NCBI GenBank assembly: GCA_951406725.2
Contig: OX597836.1
Location: 992,001 to 1,056,000, forward strand
Source: Octopus vulgaris
Taxonomy: Eukaryota
Length of the DNA: 64,000 nucleotides
Reading direction: 5' to 3'
Part shown: positions 13,129-26,085 of the stretch, piece after piece
Position numbering within the stretch: the first letter of the stretch is position 1
How the letters are laid out: each line of letters begins with the position of its first letter
Made by a program: the position numbers and the translations under genes
The notes under the pieces: generated by a model
What the model was told of the DNA's origin: nothing
The model's input: the letters and a program-made list of their open reading frames with translations, nothing else
Databases searched by the model: none

Positions 13129-15019
13129 TATCAAGCAGTAGTCTTCCATAATGCAACAATCTATACACTCATACACACAACTTGTCAGATCGACCAGTAG
13201 TTTTCGAGAGTAGATAGAGCAGACGGGCCAACAGCCGTCCACATCACAGGGCAAACAAGTTACACGGATAGAGCAAGACAGATATTCGCACGGCCAACCA
13301 GAACCACCAACAATCCTCCACAGCAGACGATCTGTCAGTCAAAACAAAAGCCAGACAGCCAGCCGGCCTTACACACACACACATCGAGCCATTCACACAT
13401 GCAGTGAACCACGCAGAGCCGTAATCATCCCCGCTCCCAGACTGACATACAACCAGACTGATCAATAGCTATTCTACCGCATACACAATGCCATACATTT
13501 AAATGGAGACACATTCAATTGAAACCAACTTAATCAGTTTAAAAGGAGATTCTAGCATTTTCGTATATCGCTGTACCATTTGTATGTCAGCATTTCTAAC
13601 ATCGTTTGTATAGCAATATGAGACTTAGCAATGGGACACATCTTAGCTGTTCTTATCTGCAACAGACATTCTCTGATCTTTAATCTATTCTAGTGAATTC
13701 TATTAGAGAACGTGTGTGTATGTGTGTGTGTGTACGAGTAGATGTATGTAGGTACACATAGGTGTGAAGGTGTGTATACGTGTGAAGTTATATATGAATG
13801 GATGTTGTTGCTTTTGTATTTCTGTGTCTATATTTGCGTGTGTATATAACCATTATATATTTAAGTATAGAGGTAAATACACAAACATGTATGGATATGT
13901 AAAGATTTATAATATGTTTGCACACACACACACACATGTATTATATACCTGTATGCATGTACATATATAAATATGTATATATATATATATATATATATAG
14001 GGTGAAAAGGAACACACGAGCTGATATATATGGAAAAACAAGTCAAGATAGAAAATGCTAAAATAATTTTATAAAGAACATTTCAGTACCGGTTTCAGTC
14101 ATTTTAAGACCTTTTCAAATGTAACGATTAAATAATTAAATTTTGAAAAATTAAAAGAAAAGTTTTTTTAAAGGAATATTTGTATAGTGTTCAAATATAA
14201 GTGGTATTTTCTTTGTTTATGCCTTTCTCTGTCTCTCTTGTTTACACTTGTGGGTTCAAGGTCGTTGTGAATTGTTGGTAGGGTAGAAGAAGAAGGATGA
14301 TGAGGAGAAGGGGGGGAAAAATTTGGGAGTGCCTTGATTGTCGTATTTTGAATGATCAGTGGCGGCTAGCAGTTGCAGTTCAATTCATGAGAATATTTCT
14401 ATTGAAAGGTTTGCTTATAGGATTTGCGTAGGTGTTATACTAAAAAGCATTAGTGATAAAGTTAAGAAGTAGAAGGTGGAGCAGAAGAAGAAGATGATGA
14501 AATATTCTCATATATATATATATATATATGCACATATTAGAGGTGACTCCAGGTCATCAGTATCACTCAGGCTTATCACAGATTTAGTCACTAGGGTTGA
14601 TCACAGATTTCACATAAGACACATGCCTGTTCGAAGAATTTCACGCTCCCCCCCCCCCCGCAATATTTCTAGCCCTAATGGTTTATTTTTTTATATCTAG
14701 CACTATGTCTTTCTCCATTTCAAAGTTTTTATGGGGTCAGTTTTAATTTATAGACTAGTTTATCAAAGCCCTTGTATATCTAAGGCTGAGAGAAAAGAGG
14801 GCAGTATCTGTTAGGGGTAGGGCTGGGGGAGCAGACAGACATCATAATTGGTTTGGTCATAAAAATCAAGATTTATTAGAAGCAATATCATGAGGTTTGG
14901 TAAAGGAAAACTTAAAACAAGATGTCAGCTGACAATTAAGGGGGTGCCCACTAGCAGACCATTGATAATGAAAAAGGGGGAGTCTTATCATGTAGTACTA
15001 TAGTTAAATATTTTAAACA

Positions 15020-16382
15020 ATGTTGCTATATTGTATATAGTTAAAATTTAGGGTTATTCAGAGGATTATCAAGAAGAATATTATAACAAAAGGATAGAAA
15101 TTTATGAATACTTTTGAGTATATACAAACTTTTACCACAATAGAGGGAAGAAAAGAAATTATCCAGAAATAGTTTAATATTTACACATATTGTATACTAT
15201 ATACTAACTCATCAGATGGTATCTGTGAATATTGATTAATCGGTATGTACTGGTATTAATAAAGGAGTACTGGGGTAACGGAACATGGTAATTATATTTT
15301 TATTTTATTTTATCTAGTTTCAGCTCACGAGCTGTGGCCATGCTGGGGCACCGCCATTTTGCTGGGGCACCACCATTTAAATATATATTAATAAAATAAT
15401 AATCTAAGCATTTTTTTTTTATATAAGTAGAGAATATACCAGTATAGTTTTATACAAGATAAGTATGAATTTATAGAGATACAAAAATTAGATTAATTTC
15501 ATAAATAAATAAAGGCTAATTATAAAATAATAAAGAAATAAAATAAAGTAATCAAGTAGGGCAGAACACCATAGAAAAGGAAATAAAATAGTTTAATTGC
15601 TAATACTATGGTATAGTAAATGTAACTTATTAAGACCAACAGAGAAGATTTTTAGAAAAAGTATAAAAATTCAAAATATATTAGACTAAAAATTATATAT
15701 TTACTTATTTAGCTAATATCAGTAAAAGACTGATGTTTGGTATCGGCTAAAGAAATATTTAAGTTATGGGACAATCATATTTTGCACTAATCTTTTTTTT
15801 AAAAAACTAAGGGTCATATTATAGGTTTAAGAAGTTATTATTATTACTCCCTACATGATATTTATAGTTTCTCAGTGGTACTTGTTTAGAAGGGTTATTT
15901 ATATAAAGGCCCTTATAAATACTAAGTTCAGGAGGGTAGAGCCATTTAAGAAAGAGATAAATCAAGTAATTTCTAAAGATCATTTCAAACAATATTGTCT
16001 CATTGTATAAAGTTAAAATTTAGGGTAATCAATTAGGGTAATTAAGAATGAAATTTTAACAAAGGGATAAAACTTCTTTGAATATTTTGAGTATTTACCA
16101 AACTTTTACCACAATAGAAGGATGAAAAGAAAATTGAAAAAGAAATAGTTTAATATTTATTTACTTATTACTTATCTAAATATTAACTTATTTTATGGTT
16201 TCTATGGAGATTAATCAATTGGATTTAATAAGGAAGCAACTGAGGTTAAAGAACATGTCAACTCGATACGGATTTAATTAAATTGAATTATTTTAAGTTG
16301 TCGAGATACTGGTGTTACCTTATATAAGCTGAGTATGAATTCATAGGGGTACAAAGATTGGATTTATTTAAGGCTACTATGA

Positions 16383-16417
<35 letters not shown>

Positions 16418-17090
16418 CAATAATAACAATAATAAAATGATCAGTTAGGGTAGCACATCATAGAAAAGGAATAAAAACAGCCTAATCACTAAAAACCATA
16501 GCAAAATATCCATTCCTTATTCACTCTAATAACAAGTATTTATAGAAAATGCATAATAATTTAAGTATTATGAGCTAAAAATTGTTAATTAACTTATTTA
16601 GCTTATTATAATCAGGACTGAAACTTAAAAGGTATAATATAGATTTTTAAAGTTGTGTTAATCCATAAATGATATTACAGTTTCTTAGGGGTACTTAATG
16701 AGAAGGGCTGTTTGTATAAAGCCAATAAACATACCAAAATTAAGAGGATGGAACACTTTAAAAAAGGGATAAAAAACTTATTTACTGAAACTATTTTAAA
16801 CAAAACGTCATTATTGTATAAAGTTAAAATTTAGAATTATCGGGAAGATTTTTCATTGAGGTGAGAGAACAAATTTACTATAAATTAGTGAAAATTATAA
16901 TTTAGACAGTTTAATGTTAAGTTGTGAAGATACCCGCATTGTTTTTTATAAGCTAAGTATGGATTTATAGGGGTACAAAAATTTAGGTTTGTCTAAAGGC
17001 AATTATAAAGTATTAAAATGATCGGGTAGAGTAGAAACACCATAGAAAAGGATATGAAATAGCTTGATCCCTAAAACCATGATGAAGTAT
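15020..17090. repeat. Diverged tandem triplication of an AT-rich unit of about 0.6-1 kb
   Basis: Anchor TTGTAT(A/T)AGTTAAAATTTAG at 15031, 16003 and 16814; anchor CATAGAAAAGGA at 15570, 16459 and 17041; AAACTTTTACCACAATAGA occurs twice. Confidence 0.75.
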
Positions 17091-17285
17091 ATATATACAA
17101 CTGTGCATTATCCACAAACATACACAGAAAAGTTTTGGCTATTTTAGAAAAAACTTCCCTACTTCCCACAGATATAATGGAATCTTTTCACGTAAGATAG
17201 GATCTCATAATCCACTCTTCCCAATATAGGTACCATCATAGCTAGATTAAGTAGGAAGAATATAAAATTAGCCAGAATTGTTGAA

Positions 17286-17317
<32 letters not shown>

Positions 17318-17553
17318 TAGTACTGTCAACTATAACTTAAACCCCCAAAATGAAAATAGCTGTGTTGATGATGATGGGGTGACTAGAAGGAATAGTGGTG
17401 GCACTTCTAATAAAACATTTATGGATTATAGTCCCAGTCCATATATGGGCATGGAATCCACTGGTATGTCTGACGATGTGTTGACGTATTTTTCACTTGT
17501 TGGTGATGTCCTGTACTCTATGTATTGTATATATATAAACAAACATACATATG

Positions 17554-17669
<116 letters not shown>

Positions 17670-18169
17670 TGTTTATGCATGTATGACGCAAAGGCTACCA
17701 CGTTGTCTTATGATGCGAGCAAGTTGCTTTGTTGCTTATAAAACAGAATGTTCTTTCGACTCGAGAGAGAAGAATACCATTTATTCCACCAGCGAATAGC
17801 TTTATGAATGATCATTTAGAAGTCAGTCGCTTATCGTCTACGGCTGAGGGTGGCGGTGTACTTTTGTATCAGCAAAATATAGAGCTAAGAGAGAGAGACA
17901 ACTGTCAAACTGTGTTGGGCAGACATACTTTTTTGAAATCCGTGTAACAGATGTGATGGTTCTCTCTCTCTTACTGACTTATTCTCTTGTTGTTTAGATC
18001 TCTTTCTTCTCGGTATCGATCTGTGACACGTTTATTGATACACACGGTCACATATTGAAATACACACCACAATACACACACACACAGTATATATATATTT
18101 ATGTATAGACACGTACCTATACATATATACATGTGTGTATGTGTCTATATATGTCTCTCTCTCTCTCTT

Positions 18170-18216
<47 letters not shown>

Positions 18217-18234
18217 CACATATACATGTATGTC

Positions 18235-18434
18235 GATGTTGGCATGGCTGCGTGATAAGAAGTCTGCTTCCCAACGACATGCTTCTGAGTTCAGTCCCAC
18301 TGCGTGGCACTTTGGGCAATTGTCTTCTACTATAACCCCGGGCCAACAAAAAGTCTTATGAGTGGATTTGCTCGACGGAATCTGAAAGAAGCCCGTCATT
18401 ATATATAAGTATGTATATATTCACACACACACAC

Positions 18435-18498
<64 letters not shown>

Positions 18499-18755
18499 TT
18501 TATTTGTGTACTAAGACTACAATTGGTTTCATGTTGAGAAATATCTCAACATTGTGTGTGTGTGTGTGTCTTTCTGTTTTTGCTTGTCCCCACACCACCG
18601 CTTGATAGCCGTAACTTAGCGGTTCGGCAAAAGATAACAATAGAATAAGTGCCAGGCCTTACAAATAAGTACTGGGGTAGATACAATCCACCTTAAAGAT
18701 TCTTAAAGGCGGTGCCCCAGCAAGGCCGCAGTCTAATGACTGGAACAAGTAAAAT
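18235..18755 (+). mobile_element. tRNA-derived SINE family A
   Basis: GAGTTCAGTCCCACTGCGTGGCAC...GAAAGAAGCCCGTC, then a microsatellite, then GTAACTTAGCGGTTCGGCAAAAG...GGCGGTGCCCCAGCA. Confidence 0.85.
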
Positions 18756-19614
18756 ATAGTGTGTGTGTGTGTGTGTGTGGAGTGCACGACCGAAACTTGC
18801 AGCCCTTACGACACTTCTGTAAGTTTTGTACGGATTATGATCTTTCTATCTATCTATCTATCTATCTATATGTCTGTCTGTCTGTCTATCTATCTGTCTA
18901 TTTGTCTAGCTGTCTGTCTGTCTATCTGTCTATCTATCTATCTGTCTATTTGTCCGTCTGTCTGTGTGTCTCTCTGTCTGTCTGCCCGTCTGCCTATCGG
19001 GCTGACTGTCCATATGACACACACACACATACACATATAAAAGTACACACACCTGCGGGCGACCAACATATAAACTCATACATGTACAAACCCACGCATG
19101 CGCGCCCCCACTTCCCGCTCTGTAGCTTTGTCGTTTTGTTCAGGAGATTTGTGACAGTCACATGGACAAGATGGCGCCTTAACTTCTTCTCTCTCTTCTC
19201 TCTCTGATTTGCTCAATAACTGACTGTTTATTACGTTCTAACTATGTCACATAAACAGACACCCACTCACATACACAAACGCATCAATTTGAAGCCTGAC
19301 TTACAATTATTGTGTGACATTATCGATCTAAACGTGCCTTTGTTATGTATAGATTAACTGAACGCACGCTCCAATTATGGCCACCGCGTAACAGCAGATC
19401 TCTGAAAACGCCGTTGCACGAGGAGGATTGCTTCAGAGCATCGGATGAGCAAAAGAAACTGACTCCCTAAAGAACTGAGTCACCAAATAACGAAAACCTG
19501 GATTCTGTCTTTAATTCAAAGGACCAGCCTAGTCACACGCTGGTACGGTCTCAAAAATTACATTAAATTAAACGTGTCTACGAGATACCCAGCCGCTTAT
19601 ATGTTTAATTTCAC

Positions 19615-20023
19615 GGATCGTTTCGGTTTGAACGGCAGTTTTTTCTAGCGGTGTCATATGAAATTGTCACCCATAATTATGACCCTAGCATCGATCTATT
19701 GCATTTCAATCTCTTTTAGGGTTAGGGTTAAGGGTGGGGGAAGGGTATCTTTTTTTCTTCACAAATGTAAATAAACCCAATGTGTTTCTTAAACGAGGGA
19801 CATACGGCATAGAATGCTTTTTAACTCAATACACGTCAGTGATTGGTTGAAATTGCAGAAATTGAAGAAAAAAACAACAAATATCTTACAAACTACAGAA
19901 TTTTCTCAATAAAGCCAAGAGAAAAAGATGCTTTATAAACACATTCTACCAGTATACGAAGTTTAAAATTTTTTAGTTACCTAGAAATTATGTTAAAAAC
20001 TGCCGTTCAAACCGAAAAGATCC
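19615..20023. mobile_element. 409-bp MITE with 29-bp GG-terminal TIRs and 8-bp TSD (Merlin-like)
   Basis: TIRs GGATCGTTTCGGTTTGAACGGCAGTTTTT / AAAAACTGCCGTTCAAACCGAAAAGATCC (1 mismatch); TSD AATTTCAC (19607-19614) / AATTTCCC (20024-20031); internal TTAGGG repeats at 19716-19734. Confidence 0.9.
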
Positions 20024-20224
20024 AATTTCCCTACTATGTTTTCAGCTGATTCTATAACTTAGTGCTCATCGAGATAACCGTATCCTGAACATCGTTATTC
20101 CGTCGAGACTTGATGAAATTCAGTTCAATAAGACATCGAGAGCAGAACTAATTCTGTACGAAAAAAACATTGGATAATTGATATTTTTTACAGGCGGTTC
20201 GTTGTTCGACAGCAGAGACTAATG

Positions 20225-21330
20225 AGTAGAGAGCTGCTACGTGGTCACTCGATATGCTAGAAACAGCAGCCAAAAATCTCCTTCGAATGACGGGGCCGTG
20301 TTTACAAAGGGAATAATGCATTGGCCATCGTTGTCCACAATACATAAGAACGCAGAACGGCCACATTGAAAGAGTTGTTTCCTAGGTAGACGTGTCTGGC
20401 CAGATTGGACTGTATCTTAACATTATCATCATCATCGTCAACAACATCAACAACAACAATGGTTTCACAAAGTGTTGCTTGACTTTCAAGAAATAGCAAC
20501 CAACTCTCACTCACAAACGCTGATGCAAAAAAAAAAAAAAGATTGAGGATCTGTTCGCCTAAAGGCGGTGCACCAGCATGGCCGCAGTCAAATGACAAAT
20601 AAAAGAATAAGCGCATTAGTTAATGTTATTCAAGATACACGATAAATGAATAAACGAAGGGATCGTCATAGTTGGAACGCCCTTGATTGCACAGTTGATC
20701 CGTGTTAACTTGGAACTAAAGAACAGCAACAGCAGATTTGAAGAGTGTTGGAGGGGTAAGTGCTAACACAAGATGTTAACCCTGTGGCTGTTGAGGGGTT
20801 TCAGAGGATACGATTGCAATGCAAACATTAGGGGCCGCGTTCTTGGTTTGATGATTACTGCCTCCTTTATTGCCACCGATTTCGGAAGCTCTGAAAAGGG
20901 GACACAATTCTATCCCACCTCCGCCGATTAAGCCATGAAATATAAATTAAAAGCTGCGGTTAAAATGGGTTCCTGAAGAAGAAACTGAAAAAATAGGAAA
21001 CAAAACTATGAAGAATCGTTTTAACGGTAAGAGGGAGTAGCAGCAGGAGCGAGTAGCGGCAGGAGGGAGTAGCGGCAACAGCAGAAAGAAGAAGAACAAC
21101 AGCAACAGCAGAAAGAAGAACAACAGCTACATGTCTTCAGCGGCAACCTATTCTTTCGACCTGCACGTAATAGTAGCAGAGCCTCCCTCGAACCACATTC
21201 TAAAAAGGAAAACCAGCCCACATTAAATGAGGTATTCCAAGATACACTGTGGTACATAGAGTGCCAAAAAGACGGAGGGGGCCCAGAAGGTCTTTGTCTA
21301 CTTAGAGCTGATGTAGGACTAAAATATAAT
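20225..21330 (+). mobile_element. Fragments of an old dispersed repeat (family C)
   Basis: Motifs TGCTAGAAACAGCAGCCAAAAATCTCC and (CT)GGAACTAAAGAACAGCAAC recur in degenerate form at about 29760-30090 (-), 39995-40180 (+), 41310-41460 (-) and 42085-42340 (-). Confidence 0.5.
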
Positions 21331-23666
21331 CATTATAGAAAATACCACCACCAACAGCAGCAGCAGCCGTTCAAGAATTTGGACCTGGAGATCTCCATTT
21401 CCAGCGACTTCGAGGGCCACCTCCCAGTGGTGTCGGGTGTCAACGAAGAGCCCTCGACTACAACAAGACGACCAAAGTTTTTTTTTTCCCAAGGTCTGGG
21501 GTCTTCCGCCTCTAAGCCCTAGACCATCACCTAATCACCCTTACACCCCGTCTTGTGGCTTAACAACAACAACAACAACAATCAGCAGCAGCATACACAC
21601 AATTTACGCGTTTTGCCATTGTACAAGATCCAGAAATGGATTGACATTGCATGTATAAAAGTTTTCTGGGTGCCACCCCGGAGGGTACAAACACTATTAA
21701 TAACATTTTGTGTCGTTCCCGACAACAAAAAAGCAACAGTAAAAAAGAATGGAAAGAATCGTTTCTCCTAATCCTCCACCCGACAACAGAAACGGGTCCC
21801 TCTCTCATCCCACCCTGGCCCCCAGACTTTGCTCTTCCTCGTTTGCGAAAAACTTGCAAAAAGCTGAAGCGGAGAACGGACTAAATTAGGGGACGTTGGT
21901 CGGGGGGGGGGGGAAGGATTGCAGAAGACTGGGCCGAGCGGCTCGTTATTATCCTGTCATCATCATCATCATCGCTGTCAGCGTCAGCAGCGGTGAAGAT
22001 ACCGCCGCTGCCCCCACCATTACCACTGCCATAGCATCGTCATTACCGTCTTAACCCGGAAAATTCTAAAACAAAGGGTTACCTACTTGCAAACAAATGT
22101 GTTAACATGTGACATTATCTTTCCTTTTTTTTTCTTTCCCTTTTACGATCCCTTTTGATCGAAAACCTACCCCACTTTTTTTTTTCTCCCCATAAAGAAA
22201 AGCTCTACTTTGTAATCTGTCCCGTCTGTGTGGCTAATTAAGAAACATATCTACGACCTACACCAATATTATCGCCATCAGCATTTCCATGAACAATATT
22301 ATAAATCGTCACCGCCACCCTCCTCCTCCTCCTCCTCATCATCGTCATCGTTTTCGTCGTCGTCGTCATCATCATCATCATCATCACCATTACCACCACC
22401 ATCACCATCATCATCAGCGCCGTCAGCATAATCAATCTGTTATGAGCTAATGTTTGTTCTTTCAAGATCCCTAAAATGCATCATAGGAAGAACGGAAGAG
22501 AGCCCGGCTGCTGCAGGAGACCCCTTATCAAACAGCACATCAAACTCATCAGAACTTGCATTTATTTACACTCCAATAACAAAACCAGCTTTAAAAATAT
22601 ATTACAAAACATCAAATTAAAAAAACAAAAAAGGACAAAAAAGCAAACCCCGAACCCCGCCGCACCCTCCCGCCCATCACAAACTGCGAGCTTTGCAGTC
22701 ACCTGAATAAACTTGAGATGACTAACGGGACTTAGATATTCAGAAAAACTTCTTATCTGCATCTCTTCTATTCAACAGACAAGTATGGCGTTCGCGCGTC
22801 AACCGATACTCAACATCCAACAACAGAAAACCAGTCGGGGAACCTTAATTGACAATACAACCGTCTCAGACAAAAGGTTTTCTTTCTATTTATTAGTCAG
22901 AGGAAGATTTTGCAGAAAGTGGTGGGGGTGGAAGATTTGAGAAGAAATGGCGGAAGAAGCCAAGACTTCTAAATTAAACTTAGGTCGACGAGTACTCTCT
23001 TTTTTCTCCCTCTTGTTGAATCTATCTATCTATTTATATATCTATCTATCTATCTATCTATCCGTCTATGGGACCCCAAAGAAAAGGGCTGCAGCGTCAC
23101 AGTAAGTAGACTGAAGTCAGAGGCCCTTACTTTGAAGAGATTTGTATTGTTCGGGTGCAGCTGCCCTGGTCCTTTGCGACGAAATATCTTCCGGAACCAA
23201 GAAGTTTTGCACTTGTTTGCAATGAATAAAGTATTCCCTGAAAAAATCTCATTACTTCTGAAATGCACTTTGTACGTATATATATATATATATACACACA
23301 CATACATATATATGCATATATATATATATATGTATGTATATATGTATGTATATATGTATGTACGTATATGTATATATACACACACATATGTATATTTAAA
23401 TATATATGTATATATATTAATATGAATACATATATATGTGTGTATGTATATATGTGTAAGTACGTTATACATATACATATATATGAATGTATATATATGT
23501 ATGCCTGTGTATATATATATATGTAGTTATATGTATTCACACGTATTTATGTATGTCTATAAACATGGAGACATATGCTGAAGGTCTTGCACTTAGACGG
23601 ATATCTCTCGAGGCATTTTAAACTCACCCTTGCCATGCCCCGTCTGCAACAAGCTACATAGAAACG

Positions 23667-23708
<42 letters not shown>

Positions 23709-24494
23709 ATCTGTGTGTATGTGTGTATGTGTGTGTGTGTGCGTTTCCACATAATCTGACCCCCCCCCCAACACAAACACCCCCTGCATGTTATCTATCT
23801 GTGTCAGCAATCTCATGCAGTCACTGTTTACTTTTCTCTTCCTAGCAAGCCCCCCCCCCCCCCTCACCCCACCCCCTCTTCTGGCTTCTCCCTCCCACCC
23901 ATCTACCCTTTTCCCTCTCTCCATCTCTTTACTTCTTTCTACCAATCCTTTTATTACAACTTCAACCACTCTCTCAAATTCTTTTCTACTTCTTTGTCTG
24001 CGCACCTATTTCTTACATCCTCGTACAGTCTGTCTGTCTGTCTGTCTGCTTGCCTTGAATTAACAAACACTTCCAAGGCAAGACTTTGATTCTACCCTTG
24101 TTGATCTTGGTGAGAGCCTCTTTACATTCATATTTCTCAATGAAATGGTGTTGGTGCAATCCACTCGGTGCCCTCTCCACAAATTTCAGGCCTTGTGCCT
24201 ACAGCAGAAAGAATTATTTGGATTATATTTCCAAAACTCTTCACAGAATTATGGGTAACTCACCTTTCATCAAATATATATTTTTGAAAGATTTAACGGT
24301 TGGCATTCCACCGGTTTACATAACAGTTTTTCGAGGATTAATCGCTCAGCTGAAGGAAAATAGCCTTCTCTACAGCTTCAACGTAGCCAACCAGCTTTCT
24401 ATGAATCTTATGCCATTATGCATTCAGATACTGAATGCCTTTTATCGTTTATATATGAGTCAACGTGCATTCACACATTTTTTATTAAATATAC

Positions 24495-24529
<35 letters not shown>

Positions 24530-24530
24530 C

Positions 24531-25110
24531 AGGCGTCCACCAGCCCTTCAATGTCTTCACTGTCGACATCCTGCCCTATATTCTTTCCCATAGAGACAAT
24601 ATGATCAACAATAGCAATTTCCTCGACAGCAGCTCTACTTGTAGCCGTCTCAAAACCCTCAAAGTTTCGTTCTGGTACACAGTCTGGCCAATGTTTCCTC
24701 CATGTTGGATTCGTGGTTCTCTAACTCATTTGGTTCCAAGCGTTATCAATAAGATTTACACAATTCAGGATATTGAAATGATTTTTCCAAAATCCTCTGA
24801 GAATTAACTGAGTGTCATTAGGGACTTGAAAACACTTTCGAAACAGGGCTTTTGCGTAAGGTTTCTTAAAGTTTGCAATGGCCTGTTGGTCCATTGGTTG
24901 TATTAGAGAAGTTGGGCGAGGTGGCGGGAGTTTGACCTGAATAAAATCAAACTCTTCAACTACGTCATCCTCCAGCCCTGGAGGGTGAGCGGGAGCATTG
25001 TCTAACACGAGAAGTTTCTTTTTAACACTCGTGGCAAAACTTCATGAATCCGCTCAATAAAAAATTGTCTGCTTACCCAAGCCTTCGTATTAGCCCGCCA
25101 CGTAATAGGC
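24531..25110 (-). mobile_element. pogo/Tigger (TIGD1-like) DDE transposase remnant
   Basis: Minus-strand peptides WRANTKAWVSRQFF and LDNAPAHP...TSLIQPMDQQAIANFKK...NCVNLIDNAW are typical of pogo/Tigger DDE_1 domains; contains stops and deletions. Confidence 0.9.
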
Positions 25111-25134
25111 AATTTATACTATTATATATCTATA

Positions 25135-25460
25135 CATACATACATGCATGCATGCATGCATGCATGCTGGTATTCATGCATGCATACATGCATGCTGGTA
25201 TACATGCATGCATACATGCATGCATGCATGCATGCATGCTGGTATACATGCATGCATACATGCATGCTGGTATACATGCATGCATACATGCATGCATACA
25301 TGCATGCTGGTATACATGCATGCATACATGCATGCTGGTATACATGCATGCATACATGCATGCATACATGCATGCATACACACACACACACACACACACA
25401 CATACATACATACATACATACACACATACACACATACACACATACATACATACATACATA
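25135..25460. repeat. (CATG)n-based minisatellite with a recurring CATGCTGGTATACATG unit, then (CA)n/(CATA)n
   Basis: Directly visible tandem array. Confidence 0.9.
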
Positions 25461-25882
25461 CAGCCTGTCCCAAAGGTCACTGATGGGTTTCAAATATTAA
25501 TAACTTCCTTAACTTTGCAGATAAATGCACGAAATTTTGATACAACATAAAAGACATACCTGGAAGAAAGAGTCTACGTCAACAAACCAGAGACCCTGGT
25601 GCAACAGAAGGAGAACATCAATAGAGAAATCAGAGACGTGGGGTCTGAAATTCTTTAGGGTGTTGTGGTGCAAGTTTTGAAAAGAGCACGGACGTGCGAA
25701 GCCGAAAATGGCTGCCATTTAAGCGATGTTATTCTTCATATGTGATGTCGAGATGTTGCAAAGTTTGACTCGTGCAGATTAATTTCCATTATGTCTTTTA
25801 TTCTGTATCAAACTTACATACATTTATCTGTTAAGGAAGTTATTAAAAATTGAAATCCATCAGTGACTTTTGGGACACCCTG
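25461..25882 (+). mobile_element. Internally deleted Tc1/mariner-superfamily element (MITE) with both TIRs
   Basis: TA-flanked TIRs of about 33 bp, CAGCCTGTCCCAAAGGTCACTGATGGGTTTCAA / TTGAAATCCATCAGTGACTTTTGGGACACCCTG; the interior encodes a transposase C-terminus YLEERVYVNKPETLVQQKENINREI...KRARTCEAENGCHLSDVI. Confidence 0.9.
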
Positions 25883-25931
25883 TACACACATTTGTATGTA
25901 TATATGTATGTTTGTATGTGTATATATGTAT

Positions 25932-26085
25932 CAAATTCCGCCGAGGTCGACTTTGCCTTTCATCCTCTCGGGATCGATAAATTAAGTACCAGTTACGCAT
26001 TGTGTCGATATAATCGACTTAATCCCTTCGTCTGTCCTTGTTTGTCCCCTCTGTGTTTAGCCCCTTGTGGGTAGTAAATAAATAA
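25932..26085 (+). mobile_element. SINE family B (5'-truncated)
   Basis: CAAATTCCGCCGAGGTCGACTTTGCCTTTCATCCT...GATAAATTAAGTACCAG is nearly identical to the 49170-49320 segment. Confidence 0.9.

Noticed and set aside
14925-14975. Minus-strand INGLLVGTPL resembling the RT motif G..MGSPLS
   Set aside because: No neighbouring YxDD or other RT motifs in frame; too short to support.
19716-19734. Telomere or chromosome-end signal
   Set aside because: Only 2-3 units, and they lie inside a TIR-bounded MITE.
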